Origin: Candidatus Curtissbacteria bacterium
GTDB lineage: Bacteria > Patescibacteriota > Microgenomatia > Curtissbacterales > GWA2-41-24
NCBI GenBank assembly: GCA_030647775.1
Contig: JAUSJC010000007.1
Coordinates: 50,038-114,037, forward strand
Reading direction: 5' to 3'
DNA: 64,000 bases
A program made the position numbers and the translations under genes. The notes under the pieces are model-generated. The model was given only the letters and a program-made list of their open reading frames with translations, was not told where the DNA came from and did not search any database. Positions 8,507 through 17,956 of the stretch are shown here, piece by piece; positions within the stretch are counted from its first letter, which is position 1; each line of letters starts with the position of its first letter.

Positions 8507-9988
8507 TTATTCTCTGACAAGGAGCTGAAAATGGCCGATATTTACTTCGTAGCTTATTGGTTTTCTTAAATTGTCTTCCTCCGTGGTTTTTTGAATCCAA
8601 TGGGGCCACTGGCGGTCGAGACTTGGCTCGATAATTGTGAATTCTGTTTTCGTAATTTCACCGGATCTTGGGAAAACCTCGATTCCCGGGAATGTTGATG
8701 CCGTATTGCCGTGGAAATGAGGCAGGAGAAGGTTATTTTGCTTGGCATACAGCTGGTATAGGTACGCCCAAGTCGTCGGGATATAAAGCGGGTTGGTAAC
8801 AGCATTGATGCTGAACCTTTGGACTGGAGAAATCTCGTAGGTTTTTTTAACGAGCGCCATTTCGTCTTTAAAAATCATGCCGTCCTGAATTCTGAATAGG
8901 ACACTGCCTTTTTGGTTCTTCTCAAAAACGGTAAGGGAGTTAGTAAGAATAATAGCGCCGATTATCAGGACAAAAGCGTATTTTGAAAATAGGCTGACCC
9001 TATGTAAAAAATAGGCGGTCAATACCAAAAGAGGGATGAGACTGCCGAGAGTTATGTAATACGAGCTGAAAGAAGACACGATAAAGATTGGTATATTGGC
9101 AAATAGAAGTATGAGCAGGAAGAGTAATGGCTTCCTTATTTTTTTATCGGTTTTGGCAAGGTAGATAGCAAAGGAAATTATGGCTAGGCCAAGAATGACA
9201 GAGATTGGCCCTGATTGAGGAAATAAATTATTACTGAGCTGCTCTTGCCATTTTTTTAAATATTCCATTAGTTGAGTGTCCAGTGCCGTTTTGGCGCCGA
9301 TGTTGCCGGCGAAAAAATCTGCCGCGCCTTTTATCCCCTGGAACTTAAATTTAAGTTCGGCAACTGCGAAGCTTGAAATAAGAAAGAGGAACCCGGATGC
9401 CCCTAAAAGCATCTCTTTTCTTGGGAAGTACCTGACATTTGCGATTGCCAGTGTCACCAATGCTGATAATATGAGATAGACTAAGAAAATCTGCGTCTGG
9501 ATGGCCAGACCGAGGGCAAGAAAAGTCATGACCCAGCCCCCTTTTTGTTTATGGACGATTTGCCAAAGGCCAAGGTAGAAAAAAGCAATTGCCGGTACTG
9601 CCAGAGATGGGTTGGAAATCCATCTGGCATAAGAAACGGCCTCGAAGGAAACGGCGTAAAGGATGAGGGCGACGATTGAAATAGAAGTGTTTTTGAAGAG
9701 TTTTTGCGTCAATTGCCAAAGAGGAATGAGGACTAAAAGATTGATTAATATCATTTCGATTAAAACTACTTGGGGATCGCCACTGCCCAAAAAGTAAAAT
9801 GGGGAGATAACGTAATAGAAAAGCGGGCCGTGGAAAAACCCCGGGATATCGCTTGGCGGGCCGACAATTTTCAGGTGGCCTTTTGTAATGCTTTGGGCGA
9901 AAAAAGCGTCCCTTGCCTGGTCATAAGTGAAAAGTAAAGTGGAGAGACCCGGCGTAAGCCGCAGGATAAAAGCAAGGGTAACAATCAA
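8507..9988 (-). CDS. polytopic integral membrane protein, possibly a GT-C-type glycosyltransferase
   Basis: 493 aa with more than 10 predicted TM helices and large loops; family not identified with certainty. Confidence 0.4.
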   Translation of the reverse strand: MIVTLAFILRLTPGLSTLLFTYDQARDAFFAQSITKGHLKIVGPPSDIPGFFHGPLFYYVISPFYFLGSGDPQVVLIEMILINLLVLIPLWQLTQKLFKNTSISIVALILYAVSFEAVSYARWISNPSLAVPAIAFFYLGLWQIVHKQKGGWVMTFLALGLAIQTQIFLVYLILSALVTLAIANVRYFPRKEMLLGASGFLFLISSFAVAELKFKFQGIKGAADFFAGNIGAKTALDTQLMEYLKKWQEQLSNNLFPQSGPISVILGLAIISFAIYLAKTDKKIRKPLLFLLILLFANIPIFIVSSFSSYYITLGSLIPLLVLTAYFLHRVSLFSKYAFVLIIGAIILTNSLTVFEKNQKGSVLFRIQDGMIFKDEMALVKKTYEISPVQRFSINAVTNPLYIPTTWAYLYQLYAKQNNLLLPHFHGNTASTFPGIEVFPRSGEITKTEFTIIEPSLDRQWPHWIQKTTEEDNLRKPISYEVNIGHFQLLVRE

Positions 9989-10013
9989 AAGAATAATAAT
10001 GAGTTTTATGCCC

Positions 10014-10265
10014 CTACCCTACTTCTTCTTGCAGTTCTTCGTCAACGTTTAGGGGACCCGGACCATGGGCTTCGTCGCCGTGCAAACCGACCTTTTTGAG
10101 TTCTTCGTCAATGTCCGGGGACTCGGAAGTTGTGGCGTCGCCGGAAAAAACATCTTCCTCGCCGGTTACAGAAGGAGGCGCAACCGGGTCTTGAAATTGG
10201 TTTTCCTCTGTCCCGGTGTCATTGATATTCGGAGCGTTTGGAATTGTGTGGTCGTCCGGAGCCAT
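10014..10265 (-). CDS. hypothetical acidic low-complexity protein
   Basis: 83-aa ORF rich in D/E/P/T; may not be coding. Confidence 0.25.
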   Translation of the reverse strand: MAPDDHTIPNAPNINDTGTEENQFQDPVAPPSVTGEEDVFSGDATTSESPDIDEELKKVGLHGDEAHGPGPLNVDEELQEEVG

Positions 10266-10294
10266 AATTATATTTTAGCAGAAATTGTGCGGTG

Positions 10295-10377
10295 TGCCGA
10301 GAGAGGGGATCGAACCCTCACGCCATTGCTGGCACAAGATTTTAAGTCTTGCGTGTCTGCCATTCCACCACCTCGGC
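10295..10377 (-). tRNA. tRNA-Leu(TAA)
   Basis: Class II tRNA with long variable arm; anticodon loop CUUAAAA; acceptor GCCGAGG; T-loop GGTTCGATCC. Confidence 0.8.
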
Positions 10378-10488
10378 CCGTTAGAAGTACGGTGATCGAT
10401 TTTTATTTTAAATAGTATATCAAAAATTTAAGAACGAATTGTGCCTTATTATAATAACCAAACTTCTAACGGGCCTCGGCTGGGTTTG

Positions 10489-10562
10489 GGGAGGCCGAGG
10501 GGAATTGAACCCCCAACCCGCAGCTCCACAAGCTGCTGCTCTACCATTGAGCTACGACCTCC
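10489..10562 (-). tRNA. tRNA-His(GTG) with G-1 and genomically encoded CCA
   Basis: Anticodon loop UUGUGGA; extra 5' G opposite discriminator C73; the only tRNA in the window followed by an encoded CCA. Confidence 0.8.
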
Positions 10563-10609
10563 ACGAATGGCCATATTATATCAGTTTTACGAGTTACGAT
10601 CAGAGTAAA

Positions 10610-11305
10610 TTAACTGGCGAAGCGATATTTTAATAAGATATATATTGCCCTAAAGCCATCCTTGATGCCGATTTTTTTCCCTTCCTGATAACTGCGGCTT
10701 TTATATGCGATTGGGATTTCCACGATTTTTAAGCCTTTTTTAAGAAGCTTACAGGTAATTTCCGGCTCAAAACCAAACCTGTCTTCACGCAGCTTGATTC
10801 CCTTTAAAACTTCACTCTTAAAGCATTTATAACAGGTTTCCATGTCTGTAATCTGGGCCCGGTAGAGGATCTTTGTCAGAAACGAAAGGAAAAGGTTACC
10901 GGCATAAAAAAGCAAATATTTTGGTTTGTGGTTGGGGTTCAGGAATCTTGAGCCGTAAATGACGTCGGTGCCGCTATTTTTTATTTCTGAAATTAATTTC
11001 AAATGATCGTTTGGGTCATACTCCAAATCGGCGTCCTGGATAAGGATTATCTCCCCTTTTGCTTTTGAAAACCCCGAGCGGAGGCAGTACCCTTTTCCCC
11101 TATTTTTGTTATTCCAGATTTTGGTAATGCCGGCGATTTTATCTATTTTCTCCTGCGTGCTGTCCTTTGAGCAATCGTTAATAACGATAATTTCAAACGT
11201 GCCCGGGTATTTGACTTTTTTAACGGCCGCGACGATTTGCCCGATTGTTTTTTCTTCGTTATAGGCGGGTATGATAATAGAGAAATCGATTTTTCTGCTT
11301 TTCAT
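10610..11305 (-). CDS. family-2 glycosyltransferase (dolichol-phosphate mannosyltransferase-like)
   Basis: 'FSIIIPAYNEE' plus 'INDCSKD' plus 'IQDADLEYDP' (DxD) GT2 motifs. Confidence 0.8.
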   Translation of the reverse strand: MKSRKIDFSIIIPAYNEEKTIGQIVAAVKKVKYPGTFEIIVINDCSKDSTQEKIDKIAGITKIWNNKNRGKGYCLRSGFSKAKGEIILIQDADLEYDPNDHLKLISEIKNSGTDVIYGSRFLNPNHKPKYLLFYAGNLFLSFLTKILYRAQITDMETCYKCFKSEVLKGIKLREDRFGFEPEITCKLLKKGLKIVEIPIAYKSRSYQEGKKIGIKDGFRAIYILLKYRFAS

Positions 11306-11510
11306 GTTTTAGGTTTGTATTATATTCGAAGAATACAAATTTTTCTCATTAATTCCTTGAGAGAATTATAATCGCAACAGCGTGGCGTCGACAATTGTCT
11401 AATTCTCGGGTACAATTAGAATCTGCAAAAGGGTTTGCGCCCGTAGCTTTAGATAGTTATTACACGCGTAGCGTGGAACTATAGCAAGCTACACAGCAAA
11501 TTGAAAATTT

Positions 11511-11584
11511 GCGCCCGTAGCTTAATGGATAGAGCAGACGGCTTCGGACCGTAAGGTTGGGGGTTCGACTCCCTCCGGGCGCAC
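11511..11584 (+). tRNA. tRNA-Arg(TCG)
   Basis: Acceptor GCGCCCG/CGGGCGC, anticodon loop CUUCGGA, T-loop GGTTCGACTCC. Confidence 0.75.
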
Positions 11585-11607
11585 TTCTGCAGAGCAGAAT
11601 TGCTAGG

Positions 11608-11868
11608 ATGTATCAGGTGTACATTTTAAGAAGTTTAAGCAATGGATCTCGGTCATATGTCGGCTTGACCTTGAAGGGGATAAAAAATAGATTAAAAGAG
11701 CACAATGCCGGGGAATCTAGATACACGAAAACCTATATTCCATGGGAGCTAGTGTACTTTGAAAACTTTTATTGTAGGTTATGTGCAGAGAAAAGAGAAA
11801 AATTTCTAAAATCGGGTTTTGGGTATCGGTTTAGAAAGTTGATTTTAGAGAAGTTTAAAGCAGGATAA
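11608..11868 (+). CDS. stand-alone GIY-YIG nuclease-domain protein
   Basis: 'YQVYILRS...YVGLT...RLKEHN' motif; ORF-track start at 11557 lies inside the tRNA-Arg gene, so the Met at 11608 is the likely start. Confidence 0.65.
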   Translation: MYQVYILRSLSNGSRSYVGLTLKGIKNRLKEHNAGESRYTKTYIPWELVYFENFYCRLCAEKREKFLKSGFGYRFRKLILEKFKAG

Positions 11869-11890
11869 TTTTACGTTCTGCTTTGCAGAA

Positions 11891-11964
11891 CGGGGAGTAG
11901 CTCAGTTGGCTAGAGCGCTGCTTTTGGGAAGCAGAGGCCGGAGGTTCAAGTCCTCTCTCCCCGA
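11891..11964 (+). tRNA. tRNA-Pro(TGG)
   Basis: C1-G72 acceptor (CGGGGAG), anticodon loop UUUGGGA, T-loop GGTTCAAGTCC. Confidence 0.8.
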
Positions 11965-12279
11965 CACTATTGGCATTTTTTAAATTTAGCTTGTTTGTAC
12001 AATCCGAAAGGGGTTCGAAGATTAAATATCACAAAAAGGCATAGCTTCGAGACGGGTTCGAAGATAGGACTACAGTATAATTTGATCTAAGTTAACCTAA
12101 TTCTAACCAAAAGATAACCTAATTCAAGTCAACCAGATACGCACAAACTTGACGCAGTTTGATCTAAATGGATACAATACTTGACGTAGTTTGTGCTATT
12201 GCCATTTTTTGCCGGGGGCATTTAAGATATCTATAGATATCTGCACTTTAATTAATTACGGGTAGGGTAAAAGAAACAG

Positions 12280-12368
12280 TCCTGCCGACGAGATTCGAAC
12301 TCGCAAAAACCGTGTCACGGGTTAGTAGCTTGATAGGCCACCGCGTCTACCAGTTGCGCCACAGCAGG
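12280..12368 (-). tRNA. class II (long variable arm) tRNA of uncertain identity, embedded in a 13-bp leader/trailer inverted repeat
   Basis: Acceptor CCUGCUG/CGGCAGG, 3-bp D-stem with GG D-loop, variable stem-loop CCGU-GAC-ACGG, T-loop GAGTTCGAATCTC. The best fold gives anticodon loop CUAUCAA (formal anticodon AUC), which matches no Leu/Ser/Tyr/Sec isoacceptor. Confidence 0.5.
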
Positions 12369-12827
12369 GCAACGTCTTTTACCCTATCCTCAATTAATTT
12401 TTAAGGTTCTCCTACAAAAAGGCACCTTGCCTTCCGGCTTAGGTGCTCGATTCTTCTCTATTTAGTCTGCACCCACAACTTTTATTTTCAGGGCTATCTC
12501 GCACCTCCTCGATAGCTCACCGTTTACCTATTAATTTATACTGCCCTTATTATGAAAATGTGGCATTTGGCATGCAGACTGAATTTCACGAATATGCCAA
12601 AAGCACAATATATTGTGGTCTAATCTTAGTATATACACAACTGAAAATAATAATCAAGCGCTTTTATCATTTCCGGCCGCCACAGACCCGGTAGCGGGTC
12701 TAGTTTCGCTTTACCTTGCCAAAAAGCCTATTTAATTCTGCTCAGTTTAATTTTTGGAGTAAATCGTTAATATATTGGATTTCAATAGCTGTAAGGGTTC
12801 GAATATCGCTCCATAGACCCGACCAAG

Positions 12828-14075
12828 TTAGTTCATATGTTTTTGGAGTGCAGGTCGAAGAACTAGGCCGATTACCGTTAGTATTAACCCTAAAATTATA
12901 AATATTGTTGTAACATCTAGCCTTTCGGTAAGCAGGGCTACCAGCAAGACCGGTATAGGGGTTATGGCAGATGCGGAAATTGTAACCAGCGAAAAAACTC
13001 TCCCCATCATTGTTTCGGGTGTATTTTGCTGCAAGACGGTTCTGGCATGAACCGCTACAAATACTGCGGCCACGCCAATTATGGTCGCCGACGCCATTGT
13101 CACCAGTCGAAGTATTGTAACGCCTGTTGGTTGACCTGCTAGAAGTTGTGCGCTCAACCCTAAGCTGAGCAATACCAAACCAAAAGTAATGACCCCTAAG
13201 AAGATGGAGTGACCCCTTTTCCACCACTTTTCGATATAACCCATTATTGCTACGCCAAGTCCCAGGCCGGCAATAAGCGGAATCACCAAGAAATAACTAG
13301 TGGAAGTTGCCGGCAGGTCTAGATATTGTTTGACGTAACCAATAAACAGAATCGCCAGCATGCCAATGTTGAATTCCATAATTGTTAGCAAAATGATTGG
13401 GATGGAAATGCCATGATTTTTCTTGGTGACGGAAAGGACGTCGCGGGTTAGGATTAAAGTGCGCATAAATATCTGTTTCCTAATCACCCCGGGACGTGCC
13501 GACTCGATAGTGTGGAGACTAAGTCTCAGGAAAAAGCCGATAGCGGTTAGTATTCCCGCGATTATGAAAGCTGCTTTAAACCCTTCGTTTCCGCCGCCGA
13601 ACAATTGGATGACAGGCCCGGCCGCCGCGTAACCTAGCATGACAGAACCAAGTTGAGTAAAGAGAAATAAGGAATTGGCCTGTGCCAATTTTTCTCCTTT
13701 TACCAGTAGTGGAATCGTTGCGGCTTCGGCAGGTGTAAAAAATTGCGAAACCGAGGCGGTTACAAAGGCAATTGCCAGTAAGCCCCAAACGCTGTGAATG
13801 CTAAACGCGTAAAGAATGAATAGCAAACTTAAGGCAAGGTCTGTTACAAGCATAAGCTTCTTGCGATTTGTCATATCGACTATCGAGCCGGCAAAAAAGC
13901 CTACAAAGAATGCCGGGAGCGTCATTGCCGCATAAAACTGCGCCAGTGCAAAGCGGGAATTTGTCAGTTGGCTGATAAGCAGCAGCGCCGTGAAGTTACA
14001 CATGTTAAAGGCAATTTGGAGAAGAACCTGGTTACCCCAAAGTTTTAAAAATTGGCTGTTTTTAAGTATTTCCAT
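12828..14075 (-). CDS. MFS transporter
   Basis: 415 aa, 12 predicted TM helices, MFS-type 'G...R...R' motif between TM2 and TM3. Confidence 0.75.
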   Translation of the reverse strand: MEILKNSQFLKLWGNQVLLQIAFNMCNFTALLLISQLTNSRFALAQFYAAMTLPAFFVGFFAGSIVDMTNRKKLMLVTDLALSLLFILYAFSIHSVWGLLAIAFVTASVSQFFTPAEAATIPLLVKGEKLAQANSLFLFTQLGSVMLGYAAAGPVIQLFGGGNEGFKAAFIIAGILTAIGFFLRLSLHTIESARPGVIRKQIFMRTLILTRDVLSVTKKNHGISIPIILLTIMEFNIGMLAILFIGYVKQYLDLPATSTSYFLVIPLIAGLGLGVAIMGYIEKWWKRGHSIFLGVITFGLVLLSLGLSAQLLAGQPTGVTILRLVTMASATIIGVAAVFVAVHARTVLQQNTPETMMGRVFSLVTISASAITPIPVLLVALLTERLDVTTIFIILGLILTVIGLVLRPALQKHMN

Positions 14076-14107
14076 AAACTAAGAATAGAATAGCGTGAGT
14101 AAATTGT

Positions 14108-14314
14108 CTAGAATCGCGCCTGTTGGATTACGAACCTCAATTTTTGTTCGTAAAGATCAAGATAACTGCGGTACTCACAGATTTGTTTTAGCGCTTGGAT
14201 ATCGTCGGCAGTTGGAGTCTTTGCTGATTTGTATAAGCTAAAGATGGGGGACAAATTGTACATTGAGGATAACACAGGGACAACTACTACCTTCATAGTT
14301 CGTGAAAGTCGCAT
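14108..14314 (-). pseudogene. 3' fragment of a matrixin-like metalloprotease gene (partial duplicate of 17865..18785)
   Basis: 'TPTADDIQALKQICEYRSYLDLYEQKLRFVIQQ' matches the C-terminus 'IPTADDIQALETICQNRSYFDLYMQRLNFVISQ' of the full-length gene. Confidence 0.55.
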
Positions 14315-14420
14315 CTATGATCCTGGGCTTGCAGGTGATGTTTTCAGTCGCAGCGATGGGACTTATTTAAACCTTATTACTTGCGATGGAGTATGGGACG
14401 GAGTTAAAAAAAAGCTATAA
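14229..14420 (+). pseudogene. 3' fragment of a sortase gene (partial duplicate of 17222..17956)
   Basis: 'GDKLYIEDNTGTTTTFIVRESRIYDPG...DVFSRSDGTYLNLITCDGVWDG' matches the sortase C-terminus including the TLxTC catalytic Cys; no N-terminal half is present. Confidence 0.55.
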
Positions 14421-14469
14421 CAAACGTTTGGTGGTATTTGCTAGGACCCTTTAGGGGTATAATAAATAT

Positions 14470-14811
14470 ATGGCAACTCTAATTTTTACTGTTTTATTTG
14501 GACTCATTATTGCCTTTTTTGCTACTCAAAACACAGCTGTTATCTCACTTAAATTCTTAAACTACCAAATACCTGGTATTCCTACCTATATTGTAGTAGT
14601 TGGTGCGCTTCTTGTTGGACTGTTTCTTTCCTGGATTATTAGTTTTGTAAACGATATAGCAACTGGTTTTACTATGCGGGGGAAAGACAGCAAAATTAAA
14701 GACTACAAAAAAGAGAATGCCGAATTACTCAAGTTAAACCATCAATTAGAACTTGAAAATACCAGACTTAAGGCAGAAACAGATGCCCCTTCAGATGATA
14801 AATCCTTGTGA
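14470..14811 (+). CDS. LapA/DUF1049-like single-pass membrane protein with C-terminal coiled coil
   Basis: Two N-terminal TM helices followed by a 'KLNHQLELENTRLK' coiled-coil tail. Confidence 0.5.
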   Translation: MATLIFTVLFGLIIAFFATQNTAVISLKFLNYQIPGIPTYIVVVGALLVGLFLSWIISFVNDIATGFTMRGKDSKIKDYKKENAELLKLNHQLELENTRLKAETDAPSDDKSL

Positions 14812-15281
14812 AAACTATTCTTGCTAAAGCCTGGCGTGTTCTGTCTCTTACTAAAGGTATTCAGCTTTCGCTTATGCGTGTTTTTCAAGACCAATTTCTA
14901 ATTGGGGTAACAGGTATTATTTTTAACAAAAATCAGGAGGTTTTACTCTTTAAACATACCTACCGCCAAACTGCTTGGAGTTTACCTGGCGGATACATTA
15001 AGTCAAAAGAGCATCCTTTTGAGGCACTAGAGCGGGAGATAAAAGAGGAGTCAGGGCTTGTCGTGAGTGCGGAAGAACAACTCAAAATTAGAACTGATAG
15101 AGAAACTTCACGTTTGGATGTAACTGTAGTTGGTCAGTATATTGGAGGAGAATTTAAGAAGTCACATGAAGTTTTGGAATTTGGCTTTTTCTCTTTTGAA
15201 AACCTCCCTTTTATTTCAAAAAATCAACTATTATTGATTGAGTATACCTTGCACAATAAAACTCCGCAGGTTGCAACTTAA
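14808..15281 (+). CDS. NUDIX hydrolase
   Basis: Nudix box 'GGYIKSKEHPFEALEREIKEESGL' (Gx5Ex7REUxEExGU). Confidence 0.8.
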   Translation: MKTILAKAWRVLSLTKGIQLSLMRVFQDQFLIGVTGIIFNKNQEVLLFKHTYRQTAWSLPGGYIKSKEHPFEALEREIKEESGLVVSAEEQLKIRTDRETSRLDVTVVGQYIGGEFKKSHEVLEFGFFSFENLPFISKNQLLLIEYTLHNKTPQVAT

Positions 15282-15514
15282 GCTGTTTAGATAATTTATT
15301 GGTATAATCTCACCTAGTTTCTTTTCTTGCTCAGGATTTGGTTCTGGCGGTGGAGTTTGATCTGCTGGTTAGTTTGGATCGTCTGGCATGATTCCAGTCT
15401 AGCACAGAATCGGCCAGAATGATGGAAATTAGCCGACTGCCATCATCCTCTCTAAATTTTCTGTTGCGTACGGAATTGAGTTCGAATTTTTCGATAAAGG
15501 TCGACTGGTTATGT

Positions 15515-15841
15515 TTATTCTTTACGTGATGCTCCCTGAAAAATATAGAAAGCAAGGCTCAAAATAATGGCAATAATAAAAATATTTGAAAGCCCGGCAA
15601 TTTGAAGAATGCCAATTGTTGAAAGTATCCAAAATAGCAATAGTATCGACGCAATTTCTCGAAACGGTTTAGGTAATATACCAATTGCCCAACCAACGGC
15701 AAGAAGAATCAGCACATTCCAAAGTGTAATTTGATAATTGTTTATGGAGATCAATTCAATATTTGGAATATGGATTACACCGTTTGGGACGTAGCCTAAA
15801 AACCAAAGAATAATAATTATTGCTAAAATTGCGGATAACAT
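15515..15841 (-). CDS. hypothetical small membrane protein
   Basis: 108 aa, three hydrophobic helices. Confidence 0.4.
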   Translation of the reverse strand: MLSAILAIIIILWFLGYVPNGVIHIPNIELISINNYQITLWNVLILLAVGWAIGILPKPFREIASILLLFWILSTIGILQIAGLSNIFIIAIILSLAFYIFQGASRKE

Positions 15842-16028
15842 ATGTGTACTACTTTATGTGAGTTAGCGGTAATTATATAACTTAAATTTAATATACGTCA
15901 AAATAACCTCTGATTTCGTTTTTCTTGACAAAATTAAGCAGGTAGTGTACCCTATAACATCTACTGCCTCATTTCTGTTTTTCTGCCTCAAAGTTAGAAA
16001 TTTTGCAAAACTAAAAAATTTTAAAAGG

Positions 16029-17225
16029 ATGAAGCCTATTTTAGTATCGCTATTTATTATTTTAATGGGGTTTGTTTTTATGCCTTTGCCGAAAGCATAT
16101 GCATACTCAAATCCGGCTGCTGTTCCACTGGGAACTGTTTCTAATTTTGCCGCTCTGGCTAAGACCTCGATTACCTCCCCGACAGGCCCGACTGTACTCA
16201 ATAATGGAGATTTAGGCATAGACAGCCCCGGTACGTGTACCGATTTTGCAACTCCCTGTTCTGCGCCGAATGCTAACGGAACGATAAACAGCGGTGCGAT
16301 TCAATTCCAAAATGCGGTTGCACTGCAGGGCCAGACGGATGCAACTGCGGCTATTACCAATATTGGTTTAAGAGTAGCCGATGACACACTTCTAGCTCAA
16401 CTTGGCGGTTAAACCTTAAATCAAGGCGTTTACGATGTGCCGGCTGCTGCGACTAATTTGACCGGGGATCTCACTTTAAATGGTGATGCCAGTTCCGTCT
16501 TTATCTTCCATTTGACATCCACTCTTATTACAGATAACGGAAGTAGAGTACTTCTTACCGGAGGGGCGCAAGCTTGCAATGTATTCTGGAAAGTTGATTC
16601 ATCGGCTACATTTAATGGAACCACAACGATGGTCGGAACCGTTTTGGCTTTGGCGGATATTACTTTTCCTGGAGGCGGAGCAACTTTAGATGGAAGAGTA
16701 GTTGCCCAAACGGGAGCGATCACTTTTAACAACACGACTATAAATAACTCCTCATGTGCTTCTACCAGCTCCAGTACTAGTTCCAGTTCCGGCGGATCAT
16801 CTACTTCAGTTTTTACTCCACTCAATAGCGGAATAATTGCCCCAACTATAATAGAATCAAAAAGAATCAGCCCAACGAGTGTTTTTATCAGCTGGGGACC
16901 ATATTCGGGAATAGATACTTTTATCATTCAGTATGGTCTTGAAAACGGGAATTGGTTATACAGCACCAACGTCACGGGGTTCTCAACCACCATCAATGCT
17001 CTACCTTCGAATCAACCCATCTGGTTTAGGATCGCAGCTAGAAACAGTCAATCAATAGGAAAGTACGGTGAGGCAAAACTTGTCGGAGGGCCGAGTCTGC
17101 CAAGTGCAGGATTTGCTCCCCGCGAGAATAATATTCCATGGTATATTCCGGTTGGTGTCGGCACCGCGTTTTTGGCCTCTTTACTTGTAATTCAAAGAAA
17201 ACGCAAACTGTCATTGGGAAGTTGA
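16029..17225 (+). pseudogene. DUF3494 (ice-binding-like) surface protein with C-terminal FN3-like region and sorting-signal-like tail, interrupted by an in-frame TAA at 16410..16412
   Basis: Signal peptide 'MKPILVSLFIILMGFVFMPLPKAYA'; 'LGTVSNFAALA...TGPTVLNNGDLG' and 'GAQACNVFWKVDSSATF' IBP beta-helix motifs continue in the same frame on both sides of the TAA; the C-terminus is 'LPSAG', a hydrophobic stretch, then 'QRKRK'. Confidence 0.7.
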
Positions 17226-17956
17226 AGGATTACGTCCAGCGGCCACTTCTAATAATTACGTTTACCGTATTTTCTCTATTTCTTCTTTTTCATATTGCCC
17301 CTGGCAGTAGCACAAAATCGGTACCTCAAAGCAAAGTAGCAAATAGTGTTTTTTTTAGCAAGGATTCTGCGGGATTGCCGATGCGTCTTTTGATACCTGC
17401 AATTAATGTTAATGCCGCTATTTTGCATCTGGGTGTTACTTCCGGTGGACAGATGGAAGTTCCGGATAATGCTGTCGATGTCGGTTGGTTTAAGTTGGGA
17501 CCGCGACCTGGAGAGATAGGCAGTGCTGTTATTTCTGGGCACTTTGACGGGAAAAATGGTGAAGAGGGAGTGTTTACTAATTTGAATAAGTTGACAGAAG
17601 GTGACAAATTATATGTTGAAGACGGTAGAGGAACATATAAAGCTTTCGTAGTCAGTGGGAGCCGCGCTTATGACCCCGGATATGCTGACGATGTTTTTAG
17701 TCGAAATGATGGTGCTCACCTAAATTTTATTACCTGTGGCGGAGTTTGGGATAATAATAAAAAAAGCTATACGGAAAGATTAGTAATATTTACAGATGCA
17801 AGCATTTATGAAAGTTGGGGTTATAAGATGAAAAGTACCCTGCAAAATACACGGTTGACCGGTTCTACCTTATCCCAAGATTCTTTTGGAGCTGGCTTAT
17901 TACAAAGTTTAGCCTTTGCATATAAAGGTCAAAATAGCTTCTATTTTGGCAAATAG
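17222..17956 (+). CDS. sortase family transpeptidase
   Basis: N-terminal TM anchor, conserved His in 'ISGHFDG', 'LNFITCGG' (TLxTC) catalytic Cys, downstream Arg. Probable TTG start at 17222 overlapping the upstream stop; the ORF-track start at 17138 is likely an over-extension. Confidence 0.7.
   Translation: MKDYVQRPLLIITFTVFSLFLLFHIAPGSSTKSVPQSKVANSVFFSKDSAGLPMRLLIPAINVNAAILHLGVTSGGQMEVPDNAVDVGWFKLGPRPGEIGSAVISGHFDGKNGEEGVFTNLNKLTEGDKLYVEDGRGTYKAFVVSGSRAYDPGYADDVFSRNDGAHLNFITCGGVWDNNKKSYTERLVIFTDASIYESWGYKMKSTLQNTRLTGSTLSQDSFGAGLLQSLAFAYKGQNSFYFGK

Noticed and set aside
10439-10633. 64-aa plus-strand ORF
   Set aside because: Overlaps tRNA-His on the opposite strand; low-complexity translation of tRNA sequence.
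11557-11607. N-terminal extension of the GIY-YIG ORF
   Set aside because: Would start inside the tRNA-Arg(TCG) gene; the internal Met at 11608 begins the conserved GIY-YIG motif.
12742-13227. 161-aa minus-strand ORF
   Set aside because: Out of frame and overlapping the 3' part of the MFS transporter gene, which has a coherent 12-TM architecture.
16410-16412. Possible stop-codon reassignment explaining the in-frame TAA in the DUF3494 gene
   Set aside because: TAA, TGA and TAG all terminate well-supported genes throughout the window (for example TGA at 17223 and TAA at 43858), and only this one gene has an internal stop. A point mutation or error is far more likely than an alternative genetic code.
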